This document shows, one piece after another, positions 30,011 through 54,118 of a DNA stretch of 64,000 bases. A program made the translations under genes and the position numbers. Source of the stretch: the human T2T-CHM13v2.0 reference genome, Homo sapiens; assembly GCF_009914755.1 (NCBI RefSeq), contig NC_060929.1. One strand, 5' to 3'. How positions within the stretch are numbered: position 1 is the first letter of the stretch; each line of letters begins with the position of its first letter. The notes below the pieces were generated by a model that did no database searches, was not told where the DNA came from, and worked only from the letters and a program-made list of their open reading frames with translations.

Positions 30011-31302
30011 AGGAGTAGAAATCAAAGAGTAGGCAGAGCAACAAAGAGCATGGTTACATCCCCTTTTCTTGAGATTTTTAACAAGTGTTCAGGATGGGAT
30101 ATGACGTGTCTTCTTACAGTAAGTGGTTATGGTGTATGGGACTGGATATTCTCATGAGGCTGTGCTTTAGGTCTTCAGAGCTATATTTTTAAACCTAATG
30201 TTGATATGTGGCTCAATGACCATGTGGTGGTTTGTTTAGCTTCGTTTGGCTTTGCTTTGGGTTTCAATTTTTATTTCAGTTCAGTTAGTTTATTGGTTCC
30301 CCCCACCCCAACCCAGAAAATAAATTTTATCCCCATGGCACAAGTTGGTGCTGGCTGTTTCTGATGAATACCAACTAATAGACAAGAAAAATGACACTTA
30401 GAGAAGGTATGTGGCTCTGGGGCTCTGTAGGGGCAGAATTAAACTTTGAAAGGGTTTTATACTTTTTGAAAGATTGGAAAGGCCAACAAATCAGCAGGAT
30501 TGGCTTGACTCCCAGTTTTATCCATGGCTTATGTGAACTGAGAAGAGTTGCTCAACTTTTGTGTAACTCAGTGCCTCACTTTGCAAAATGAAAATAATAG
30601 AACTATGTTCTCTTGGTTTAATGAGATAATGTCCACAAATATGAGTTCCTTACAGCCAAATGGAAAAAATATAACAACAAAGTTTTATGATCGCTATCCT
30701 TGGAACTGGGGTCTTTATTACAGATCTGTATAAAATACAAAAGTAATAATCCCATGTTATTAGGTTATGTGAGCCAAAGACTGGATATTCAGGGTCAGAG
30801 TGAGCTATTTCCCATCTGTCAGACACATTAGGAAGTTCAATTAGAATATGGTCTATACACTAGGAGTATAAGAACTCTGACCTTTTTAAGCAGCTACACA
30901 TAGAGCACAGAATGTGATATAGCTTATATTCTGACTGTATAATTACATGAAATTTAACATCTCTCACTGTTTTCATGATTGAAGAGGGTGCTAGAATTTT
31001 CCAAGCCATAATTTCAAGCTAACACAAACATTAGAGTTGCATGTTTTACTGCACTTTGGGGGACCGTTTCTAGGCTGAGTATTTAGTAAGAAGCATTTGG
31101 AAGTGTCTGGTCTTGCAGATCCCAGAGGAGTTTACAGTGTTCTTTCCTGACTTTCTCACCCTGGCACACTATTGCATTTCATATTGATTAATATTAGTAA
31201 TATCTTATTAATACAATTTTCTTTTACATTATGCCTTTATCCAAAGGGTCATACACACTAGATCAGCAAGTCTCATAATGGCTGGAAGAAAGAGAAACTA
31301 TA

Positions 31303-31518
31303 TTCTTGATTTATTTGAATAAAGAAAATGAGACAGTGTGAAGACAAGTTCCTGGTATATGTCTTTGAATAAGCACCATCTTGCTGGTTTCTTTACAAAG
31401 GAGGAGGCATCTCATAGTGAGAAAAGGATTCAGTAATAGGAGTCTAGAGACTTGACCCCTCATTCTGGCTTGGCCACTGGCTGGCCAAGTTCCAACGGGT
31501 CCAAGCCAGACAGATTCA
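31303..31518 (+). repeat. Source copy of a ~215-bp direct duplication (copy at 33624-33842)
   Basis: About 90-92% identity by manual alignment. Confidence 0.95.
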
Positions 31519-32339
31519 TGTAAGTGCTGTGGACAGGTGAAAAAAGGTGATGCCCCTTCAAACCTAGACCCTTTAAATTATTGTCCAAAAGAATGAGCAC
31601 TAGGTATGGGAAAAGGTAGGAGAAAAATGCACATACTCTAGTGATCATATCAAGATTGTACAGTTTCCTGGTTCCATCCTCCCAGAAGGTGGTTTTGTTA
31701 CCCTCTGCTTGACCTCACATGTGCCTCTCGAGGTTATCACACCCCAAACTCATCTTCACATTCCTTCACGCAACCATGCAGAGTTCTGGCCAGCATGATT
31801 CCCTACACTGGGATACGAGGGCAGTACAGTCTCCCATGGTCTGCAAGGAAAGTTGGAAACCACCAAACTAAACTATCTCTACGTGAATCCAGCTCTCACA
31901 TTTTAGAATTCTGCTTGAGTATGTTAAGGAACTCAGGGTGGACAGAAGAAAGACAGGAAATAAGTGGAAAGCTACCTAGTGGGTAATACTTCCCCAATCT
32001 TTAGTCTGTCTTGGTTGGTGATTGCCTGGAGTCATCCTCTGGCAGGGAGGGGTGAGAAGTGGGTGATGCCCCTCCTCAAAGCCAAGGGAAGAAGAAAAAC
32101 AGAAAGAAAATTACTCAGACCATCTGAGAGCCTGGGCTTGACCCGCTCTACATTAGGACTGTTCATCTCCACCTGAAACCTGTGGGGCTGCAGAACACTC
32201 TAAGCTGCTAGGGTAGAAAATGAAAAGGCCAGAGGATGAATGGCAGCACTCTCATGACCCATGATGGCAAGGATACATGTGTTTCCCCCGCACAGTGTAG
32301 ACACTGTGGAAGGTGCCTGGGCTTGGGCCATTTTATTGG

Positions 32340-33144
32340 TGCTGTGGCCTGAATGTGTATGTCCCTAAAATTCCTATGTGGAAACTTAATCCCCAATGCA
32401 ATGGTAGTAAAAGGTAGGCCTTTAGGAAGTGATTAGGTCTGGAGGGCTCTTCTCTCATGAATGGGATTAGTGCGTGATATGGTTTGAATATTTGTCCCCT
32501 CCAAATCTCATGCTGAAATGTAATCCTCAGTGTTGGAGGTGGGGCCTGGCCAGAGGTGTTTGGGTCACAGGGGCAGATCCTTCATGAATGGCTTAGTGCC
32601 ATCTTCTTGGTGATGAGTGAGTTCACATGAGGTCTGGTTGTTTAAAACTGTGTGGCACCTCCCCCGCTCCCCCACCCCCGCTTTCTCCTGCTCTCCCCAT
32701 GTGATACACTGGCTCCCATTTTCCTTCCACCATGATTTTAAGTTTCCTGAGAAGCAGGAAGCAGATTGTAAGTTTCCTGAGAACCAGAAGCAGATGCTGA
32801 TGCCTAGCTTCCTGTACGGCCTGCAGCATCATGAGCCAATTAAACCTCTTTTCTTTATAAATTACCCAGGCTCGCATACTTCTTTATAGCAGTAAAAGAA
32901 CAGCCTAACACAGTGCCCTTATAAAAGAGCTTCAGAGAGCTTGTTTGTCCCTTTTTGCCCTTCCGCAATGTGAAGACACATAGAAGACATTATCTGTGTA
33001 AAATAGACCCTCACCAGACACCAAATCTACTGGCACCTTGATCTTGGACTTCCAGCCTCCAGACTTGTAAGAAATAAATTTCTGGTGTTTATAAATTACC
33101 CACTCTAAGGTGTTTTGTTATAGCAGCAGGAATGAACTAAGACA
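32340..33144 (+). mobile_element. MaLR solo LTR (MLT1A/MSTD-like), split by a nested MST
   Basis: TG...ctaagaCA termini; 5-bp TSD ATTGG at 32335-32339 and 33145-33149. Confidence 0.9.
32475..32912 (+). mobile_element. MSTB-like solo LTR nested in the older LTR
   Basis: tgatatggtttgaatatttgtcccctccaaatctcatg...ctaacaca; TSD gtgcg/gtgcc. Confidence 0.92.
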
Positions 33145-33196
33145 ATTGGTATCCCTCAAAAGGACCCTATAAGCAAGACACTACAGACTGAGCCAC

Positions 33197-33900
33197 CGTG
33201 GTTTCCAATACTGCCATCAATAATTACTCCCATCTCTGTGAGTACTTCCAGTCAAGAGATGAAGTCTCTTTCCCCTCTCCTTGAATCTGAACTGGCCTTG
33301 TGACTTGCTCTGACCAATAATAGAATGTGTTAGAGATGATGCTGTTTCAGACCTAGGCTTTGTCCTTACGAAACCTGGTAGCTCCCGTTTTTGCTGTCTT
33401 GGAAGCAAGTTACCACACTACACAAAAGCTCAGGCTGTACTGCTAAAGAATGAGGGGCCACATGGAGAGAACCTGGAGGATGAGAGGCCATTTTGCATGT
33501 TTGCCCTCAGCCAGGCTCCCAGCAGAATAGAGCTGCCTGAGTGACATCACCCTGCACCAGCAGAAACACTACCCAAGCCCAATTAACCCACAGAATTGGG
33601 AGAAATAATAAATCGTTGGTTTTTCTTGATTTATTTGAATAAGAAAATGAGACAGTGTGAAGACAAGTTCCTGGTGTATGTCCTTTGAAGAAGCATCATC
33701 TTGCTGGTTTCTTTACAAAGGAGAAGGCATTTCATATTGAGAAAAGGATGCAGGAATAGGAGTCTAGAGACTTGACCCCTCACTCTGGCTTGGCCACTGG
33801 CTGGCCAAGTTCCCGAGGGTACCAACCCAGGCAGATGCAGGATGGTTTTATGCCATTAAGTTTTGGTTGCTTTGTTTCACAGCAATAGATAAGTGAAACA
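33197..33900 (+). mobile_element. MLT1G/H-like solo LTR interrupted by a templated insertion
   Basis: ccttgaatctgaactggccttgtgacttgctctgaccaata...aataaatcgttgg[insert]ttttatgccattaagttttgg...agcaatagataagtgaaaca. Confidence 0.85.
33624..33842 (+). repeat. Inserted copy of 31303-31518, flanked by TGGTTTT direct repeats
   Basis: TGGTTTT at 33617-33623 and 33843-33849; interrupts an otherwise colinear LTR 3' end. Confidence 0.9.
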
Positions 33901-34109
33901 ATCAATATCAAGAGTCCAACAGCAACAGGAAAAGAGCCCAAGTCATATCTCCCCTTCTATGGGACTAGACAAAGGGAAGACCCTGTAGGACATACTGTGT
34001 AACTGATATTCATGAGAGTGTCAGTTTCCTAAGAGGTACATGTTCTGCCACCAGAACTATAGTGATATCTGAGCATTATGTTAAAATAACAGCATAATGG
34101 TAGTGACAA

Positions 34110-34345
34110 CAAATACTTCTACAGCATTTATTATACACCAGGCACTGCTCTGAACTCTTTACATGTATTTTCTCTCTTAATTCACAAGCAACCCTGTAGG
34201 AAAAGCTCTATTATCATTTCCATTTTACAGATTAGAAAGCTGAGGCATGGGGAGATTAAATGATTTTTAATCTTTAGAGACTAAAAGACACAATCAGTAT
34301 GTGGTAGGATAGACTTTCCAGTTCCAAAAACTATACTCACAACTA
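34110..34345 (-). mobile_element. MIR
   Basis: ccaggcactgctctgaac...ccattttacagattagaaagctgaggcat. Confidence 0.85.
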
Positions 34346-34419
34346 CAAAATAATGTTGTCTCTCATAAGGACCTAAGTGTTTAATAAACATGACTAATTT
34401 ACTTAAATAACACAGGATA

Positions 34420-35959
34420 AAATTTTCAAATTTCAATGCAAAATCCAGCTGCACATTAAAAGAAGAAAAACATCATAAACAAATAGGGTTTATTCTAGGC
34501 TAAATAATTGAATTATATACATTGTATTCATTTTCTATGGCTGCTGTCAGAAACTAGCACAAATATGGTGGCTTAAAACAACACATATTTTTTTTCTTTT
34601 ATAGTTTGGGAGACCTGAAGCCTGGAATATGTTTCACTGGGCCAAAATCAATGTGTTAGCAGGGCTGCACCCTCTGGAGGCTCTTGCTTTTTCAGCCTCT
34701 AAAACTGCATTCCTTGGTTCACAGCCCCTTCCTTCATCTTCAAAGCCAGGATCATAGTATCTTGCTTAAGTTGTCATATTGCCTCCTTCTCCTTCTCTAC
34801 ACTATGGTATGAGCCACTGTGGTATAGTGGGTCCTCTTCCTTCTTCTTATTCCTCCTTCTCCTCCTCCTCTTCCTTCTCCTTCTTTCCTTTTTTCTTCTT
34901 CATCTTTCTCTGCCTCTCTTTTATAAGGACACATAATTACATCTAGCGCCCATCTAGGGCCTGGTAAATTATCCAAAATAATCCACCTATCTTTATATTC
35001 TGAACTTAATCACATATGCAAAGTTTCACATGAAGTAACATTCACAGGTTCCAAGAATTAGGATGTGGATATCTTTAGGAGACATTATTCAGCTTGCCAC
35101 AAATATTAACATTATTAATATAATTTACCACATTAATAAGTCTAAGGAGAAAAAAATTCCTTTATCTACATAGACATTGAAAAAAGCATGGAATAAATTT
35201 CAACATCCATTCTTGATTTTTAAAAGTGATTAACACAATGGGTTAGACATATGTTATCCTTATTATGTTTTATCACTGTTAGCCCAAAGGCCAGTGTCAT
35301 CTTTAATGGGAAAGCCAAGGACATTTCCATTCCCAAATGTCAGGAATAGCTTGTTTGACCACCATTATACCTAATACACCTTAATATTGTTTGGGAGGGA
35401 CTGGTGAACATAGACGAAAGAAAAGGCTTAAATACTAAAAATTGGAAAAGAAGAGGAAAAAGTATTATTATAAGTATATGATTCTCCACCAGGAAAACTC
35501 AAGAGAAGCAACTGGAAAATTATTTGAGAAAATGAAAAATGTTGAGAGGTACAAAACTAATGTAGAGAAATAAGTAGCCTTTATATGTACAAACAATATC
35601 AATTAGAAGAAATAAAGGAAAAAAGGCCTTATTAGAATAGCAACAAACAAGAAATGACTATGATCTGTATAAAAACACTTCATGTGCTCCTAAGAGGCAC
35701 GAAAGAAAAATTGAAAAATAAAAAGACAAGCCATGTTCCTGGAAAGGAAGATTTCACATCATAATGATGTCAAATTTCCCGAAGGTATCCAATAAATATA
35801 ATGCAGTCTCAGTAAAATTACTGACAGGGTGGTTTTTGCAAGCTAGACAAGGTGGTGTTAAAGTTCAAATGGAAAAGCAAACAAATAAGAATACTCAAAG
35901 ACATGTTTTAAGTTATTGGTTTCATTAAACAGATTATAAAGCTACAATAATAAGAGGAC
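34420..35959 (+). mobile_element. Old L1M ORF2 fragment, interrupted by an MLT1; 3' part resumes at about 41160
   Basis: aatagggtttattctagg, aaatttcaacatccattcttgat, ccatgttcctggaaaggaaga, attataaagctacaataat. Confidence 0.75.
34523..35101 (-). mobile_element. MLT1C/D-like solo LTR
   Basis: tgtattcattttctatggctgctg...ggtggcttaaaacaacac...ggatgtggatatcttt...tgccaca. Confidence 0.85.
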
Positions 35960-36155
35960 TGATGTAGTTTAGATCTGTGTCCCCACCCAAATCTCATGTT
36001 GAATTGTAATCCCCAGTGTTGGTGGAGCCTGGTAGGAGGTGACTGGATCATAGGGGTGGATTCCTCATTAATGGTTTAGCACCAACCCCTTGATGCTGTC
36101 TTCATGGTAGTGAGTGAGCTCTTGTGAGATCTCATTGTTTAAAATTGTGTGGCAC

Positions 36156-36160
<5 letters not shown>
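35960..36160 (+). mobile_element. MST LTR, 5' half only
   Basis: tgatgtagtttagatctgtgtccccacccaaatctcatgttgaattgtaatcccc; ends abruptly at gtgtggcacttctc. Confidence 0.9.
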
Positions 36161-41140
<4,980 letters not shown>

Positions 41141-41159
41141 CAAGATCATTTTTTATTTA

Positions 41160-41730
41160 TCGGTCAGGTAAAGAACAAATCGCTTAATGGTGTACAATGT
41201 TGGTGAGAGTGTGAAAAACAGGCATTCCCATACGTTTTTTATTGGAGTGTAAATTGGTACAAACTCTACAGAGTATACATTGGCAGAATATGTCAAAAGA
41301 ATACACTCACATACCCTTGCTTTAGTATACTACCTCCAATAATTTATTCCACAGATATATGACACATGCAAAATGATGTATATACAAGAGAACTAATTGT
41401 AGAATTGCTTGTAAAAGCCAAAAGATTGGTAATTACCTATCAATAGATAAATGGTTAAGTAAAATATGTAATTCCACAAAGATGTATTGCTAAGATATAT
41501 TGTTTTTTAAAAGGTACTTACTAGTGTATATGGGAAGATATTGTTTGAATGTTTAAAAGCCATTGTAAAAGATGTTTTTATGTATTTATTTGAATATATT
41601 TATTATATCTCTAGAATGATGCACAAGAAACTGTTAATTTTGGTTGTTTGGGGAGTTATCTCTGGGTGGCTTAGGATAAGGGTGAAAGGGAGAATTTATA
41701 CCTTTTGAATTTTGAAAATATATTATAAAA
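41160..41730 (+). mobile_element. L1ME-like 3' end
   Basis: aatgttggtgagagtgtg...ggagtgtaaattggtacaa...cctatcaatagataaatggtt. Confidence 0.75.
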
Positions 41731-42492
41731 AACTGTTTTAGACATCAATTTTTAAAAATAAAAGTATAGTTAAATGAGATCCTCAGCTTCAATTACAGTT
41801 TAGAAACTCGTATAAATCAAATTGAACTGGGAATCTTTCTCCTGAATGTTTCAGTTTTCAGTCGTGGCTTCATCTTTCCAGGTTCTACCTTTGAGCTTGA
41901 GAAAGCACACTCTGGTGTGTCATCTTCAACCTTTGCTGGCTTTTTTTGAACCAGCCCATGGAGCAGATCCTTTGCCATACAGCGGAGGAGACCTCTATGT
42001 GGGTCTCTTCCATTTACCTCCCATCTCTGCTAGTTTCCTGGCTCTTCCTTTCTTTGTTGGTATTAAAATCTTCAAGTTTATTAATAACTCAAATCGTTTT
42101 GTCTTAGAATTTTTAACTCCTGCAGCTTCCTTCACAGCCCCCAATATCTCATATCTGTCTACTCCTGCTAATCCTAGAAAAGGGCTTAGATTGCCTTTGC
42201 CCTGTCTCCAAGAACCCAAGTTTCCTGCATCTGCCAGAGCAAGAGAAAGACTACAGTGATTAGCAACTTTTCACGTACCTGTGGATTCTCCCAAGACAAG
42301 CCCATCCCCATCCCCAAGAATAATTGCTTTCAAGCTCATCATGGTCTCCCTTCTTTCTTCCAGAAAGATGCCTTGGGATTATGTCTCCTTTTTCCCAGAC
42401 AAACTTTTAAAACATAATCAAAATATAACTAGGTTTTAAGATAGACTTAAGGTAACAAAGCCTGACTTATACATATGTGCTAGAGTTAATTA

Positions 42493-43189
42493 CAGTAGTC
42501 CCCACTTATTGGTGGTTCGCTTTCCACAATTTCTGTTACCCTAGGGTCAACAGGAGTCTGAAAATATTAAATGGAAAATTCCAGAAATACACAATTCATA
42601 AATTTTAAACTGCATGCTGTTCTAAGTAACATAATGAACTCTTGAGACATCCTGCTCTATCCTGCCTGGGATGTGAGTCATCCATTTGTCCATCAGATCC
42701 ACACTGTCTGTGCTACCATTAGTCATCTTCATTGTCTGCTCCTGACATCCAACCATTGACATAATCATGGTCAATGATACGGGATCACCCAAGGCAGGTG
42801 ATCCTCCTTCTGACATATGGTCAGAAGGTCAGTAGTAGCCTAACACTATGTCACAATGGCTACATCATTCACCTCACTTCATCTCACCATGTAATCTTTT
42901 CATCATCTCACATCATCACAAGAAGGGAGAGTACAGTACAGTGATACTTCTGAGAGAAAGAAAGAGAGACCACATTCACATAACTTTTATTACAGTACAT
43001 TGTTACACTTGTTCTGTTACTATTAGTTATTGTTATTAATCTCTTACTGTGCCTAATTTATAAGTTAAGCTTTATGATAGGTATGTATAGGAAAAAACAT
43101 AGTAAATATTGGGTTTCGTACTATCTGAGGTTTCAAGCATACAATGGGGGTCTTGGAACATATCCCCCTCAGGTAAGGCGGAACTACTG
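42493..43189. mobile_element. MER44 (Tigger7-derived, TcMar-Tigger)
   Basis: Inverted termini cagtagtccc...gaactactg after TA; gaaaatattaaatggaaaattccagaaat. Confidence 0.9.
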
Positions 43190-43464
43190 CACATATGTTA
43201 TCATTTTGAGGGAAAACAGAAAGCTTCTCCACTCTCAAAAAGAACATTTTCCACACTGTTGTCCTAAATCCTAAAATTCTGCCATTATTCATGCACTCTA
43301 TTGTGTTAGCATTTCCTTCTCTCTGAGGGCACTGTACTTTAACAGGAGTTGCATACTAGGTTCCCAAATGCATTAGTATGAGTGAGTTTATCAATCCTTT
43401 TTTTTTTTTTTGGACAAGTGATCAGATGGTTTCAAAGTACAATAACAGACAGTATTTGTTGTCT

Positions 43465-43964
43465 ATTAACTGTCTATTGCTGCATAATGAATTATCCCAC
43501 ATCTTAGCAACCAAAATAGCTATACTTATCTCAGTTTCTGTGGGTTAGGAGCTGTGTGTGGCTTAATTGTCCTTTAGGTTTTCTTGTATGCTACAATCAA
43601 GGTCTTGGCTAAGATACAGGTTTCTCAAGGCTCAATTAGGGAAGGATCCACTTCCAAGCTCACGTAGTTGTTGGCTGGATTCAGTTTCTCCAGGTTATTG
43701 GGCTGACAGTGTCAGTTCCTCTCTGGCTGTTGGCCAGAGACACATTCATTTCCTCTCCAACAAGGCAGCTTGCTTCATTAAATCATGCAAGATGAAGACA
43801 AGAAAGAGATTCTGCCTGTGTGGAAGTCACCATTTTACAACTTAATCATGAAAGTAACATCCACTGGTTAAAATCAAATCACTCAGGGGGAAAGGATTAC
43901 ACAGAACATAAATACCAGGAGGCGGGAGTCATTGGCCACCATCTTGGAAGTTGGTCTACCATAC
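43465..43964 (-). mobile_element. MLT1D/E-like solo LTR
   Basis: tctattgctgcataa...gaaggatccacttccaagctcac...ataccaggaggcgggagtcattgg...ctaccata. Confidence 0.8.
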
Positions 43965-44881
43965 ACATTTGATTTACTCAGTACTCACCTACTCATGATA
44001 GGATGCTAGAGGTACAGAGTTCCCAGGTGTGAGCAATTCTCAATCTTCTGTGAGGAAACCTATTTTAGAGAAAATCCACAAGCCTCCTTTATTCAATACA
44101 ATTTCTACTCTTCCCTTATGGAAGAGCCCTACCCCTCATTGACTAAGAGGTAATAATGTGGGGAAGTCTTTGTTCTTCCATTATCCCTATCCTATCTCTG
44201 GTAAAAGGTACTAATAAGCAGCAAAATCACTCTAAAATTAACAAGTCAAAGAAAGTAGAAAATAAGGGCTGAATAATCTATTGCCTTGATCATCAACCCT
44301 TAAATAGTCTACATTGACTGCAATACATATTAACCCTTCAAAGAAATGACTGAGAGCCAACCAGACCATCTCAGCCCTGCCCAAAGAAACAATACTGTGA
44401 GAAAGAAAACAAATAAATAACAAATTGGTGATTTTCATCATCATCAAGTCCTTTATCACATACATACCTAGCTACTAGTGGCACAGACTGTTAAATTTTG
44501 AAAGTCAAAATTAAATCTTCGGATCAATCTTCATTCTAGCCAAAAATAATATGTTGTAATTCAGGACTTCCTCTAAGTTTTTATCATTCAAGGTAACACA
44601 CCCATCAGAAAAATAAGTTGTTGATGTTGTTTCTGATACTTTAATAATTTTAATCAACAGTTTTTCTTTAGATAACAAAAGCCATGCCTCAGATGGGAGT
44701 ATCAAAAATTTAAAATATATCATATTTGTACTTCAACCCATATAATTTTTAAACTTCTCTGTGTAAATGACATAATCTTCTAAAGTCTTTCTTTTTCTCT
44801 ACATGTGTTATAACAAGACTGGAATTAGGGTGTTTGTTAATCCTTTTCCCCTAGAAGTCACAAAATGTTCACATACTCTCT

Positions 44882-51330
<6,449 letters not shown>

Positions 51331-52555
51331 CACATACTCTCTCTTGCTAGAGGCATACAGTATTATCTTTACTTTTCAGATGAGGAGATAACTAGCTAGT
51401 TAAGTGCCTGGAGCAGAGCCATACAGTGAGTGAGGGAGAGAGAAAGGAGGAATTCCATCTGAGTTCAGAACCCAAGGTGTGGGCAGAGATAGGCTGGCTG
51501 GCTAACCCAGCCAGCACAGATAAAAACTCAATAAAGGCAGTGTTCATTTTGGATAGCAAAAGTTGTGTCTTGGGGAAATAATTGGACCTACATGATTTCT
51601 GCTTCTCCTCTTTGTAGCTTCTGATCATTTCTCCTTCATTCTAATGCTTGGATAACTTGCAATGAGCTCAAATCTTTTAGCTTCAGGTCATCTTTCCACA
51701 CCCATTACCCCCACATTAGCTCCCTATCACCAAAAGTGTGGCTCTACGTTACCATCCAATAGATGTTTTTGTCCCACAGTCTGATCCCCCAAAGATGTAT
51801 TATTATTCTAAAAAAGTTATATCAGCCCATTCCAAATTCTATTGAAAGCTGACCCCCAGGTCCCTCAAGCCAAACCACACAAAAAGATTGTTGCAAAACA
51901 GTAGCTGCTATTGCCTCCACATTCAGGAGAAAGAGGGGAACAGTATGTTTTAAAACATCAAACCTGGGCACTGCATAAGGTGTGATGGTGTGATCTCATC
52001 TAAATAGCTCTCAATTTAACTTGTGACAAGATGAAAATTCAGGAGATTCTTTTCATTTCCCAAAGATATACTTATTCTTTGAGGACATATTCATGGTTTG
52101 CTTTTCCATAATCATTTCTGACATATTACTTATCAGACTCCAAGTTCCCTCAAAGAAGGGAATTAAATAGTCAGTCTCTATTAGAAATGCTATGAACGAC
52201 CAAACAATTTTAAGAGCCTTTCTCTAGATATCACAAAAAAATACGCTATAGAATCATTGCTTCACAGTTTAGAAACTTACAAACTCTAATTATTAACATA
52301 ACTGAATACATAAATAAGACAATGATTACAAATCAATTATTATCTGTATAAAACAAAAGTTGTGCTATTCCTTGCACATAGACAGCATCTTTTAGTAATA
52401 AGAAAAGATCATTTCTATTCACTTTCACACAAAGGTGCACACACACAGACCCAAACACTTACAAATCTCAAGCGGATTGAACAAAAACTCCTTATAGAAA
52501 CTCTTCAACATACTTTTGCAGAGACACCTCTAAATTGAAACTATGGTTTTATATA

Positions 52556-52575
52556 GATACCACCTAGTGGCCCAG
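52556..52575 (-). promoter_or_regulatory. CTCF-binding motif candidate
   Basis: Minus strand CTGGGCCACTAGGTGGTATC versus core CCASYAGRKGGC (one mismatch), in unique sequence. Confidence 0.55.
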
Positions 52576-52894
52576 AAATAAGGTATCCACCAAAAGAGTT
52601 ATACTAAGAAATAGAGAACAAGTTGTATAATCTAAGTGGTACTAAGAAATAGAGAATACACCATTTGCAGCATTATCAAATCTGTCTTTACCTGAGTAAC
52701 TCTTCCCTGCCCTGATATTTTCTGCATTCCAGAAGGAAACAGAGAAAAACTGTAGTCTTGTCTCTTAGCAGTTCATTTTACAAAACAGGGGCTCCTCCCC
52801 CATTATGTGAAGATAATTTGTGGCAAAGCTAGTTGTAGCCCAGCTCTCCTAGTGTTTTTGTGAACATTTGTGGGACCTAGATTAGGAGGGAATC

Positions 52895-53195
52895 TTTGTC
52901 CAGTGTCATCTTCTCAATGAGGCCAACTTCACAACACTTACATCTAATGCCCCAACATCTAACATCCTATATTTTGCTGTTCTTTCTCTTGCTTTCCATA
53001 GCACTTATCTTCTATTAAGCTGGATAATTAACTCATTTATTTGGTTTATTATTTACTGTTTGCCTCTCCCACTAGAATCTAAGACCCACAAGAACAGGGA
53101 TCTTAGTCTGCTTTCTCTACACATATATCCTGAGTGTCTGGAACAGTACCTGGAAATATCGGCCCCCAGTAAATGCTTGGTGACAGAATAAATGG
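52895..53195 (+). mobile_element. L2 3' end
   Basis: tgtcatcttctcaatgaggcc...ctcccactagaatctaag...cagtacctgg...agtaaatgcttgg. Confidence 0.8.
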
Positions 53196-53795
53196 AAGAT
53201 GATTTGCAAATGACTTACATTTAGCAGTTCTTATCTTCTAGCTTCTGGTTTGAAACCAAGCACCATGGTCCAGGGTAAAGAAAAGATAATACTGCTGCCA
53301 CTCTAACTCACTGCTTGCATCTCTTGAAAAAAACTGTAAACTCTTTGATGGGTTAAAATCACTCAACCGAGGGGAAAGTGGAAGGTACACAGAAAAAGTG
53401 AGGAAGGAAGTAGCCAGGCAGAGAGGGAGAAGAGAGTCAAATCTAGCTCTCCTACTCCTTATTCCTGCCAGGGGTGAGCTATCTGTACTTCCTATTACTT
53501 GGTTGTTTTCCCTTAAGATAAAGAATGTTCGCTTTTGAGAAACCTGTTAGTAGCAACAATCACTATTTTAAAAAATAATTAAAAAAAATAGTAGAACCAA
53601 AGAAAAAGTGATGGTGGGGGCTTAAAGGCAGGTAGACATTTTTTTTTCCAATATTTTTCTGTAAATGTGGAGAAGGATAAGCAAGAAATATTAAAATAAA
53701 TATGAAAGTGAATAAGGTAACATTCTCTTATGGGTGTAGTAATATGAGGTAGACCTGAATAGGCATTTATGATTCCTCAATTTGTGTATCATTTA

Positions 53796-54118
<323 letters not shown>

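Noticed and set aside
29514-30044. 176-aa Ser/Leu/Pro-rich ORF
   Set aside because: Lies in an L2 fossil; compositional bias, no recognisable domain
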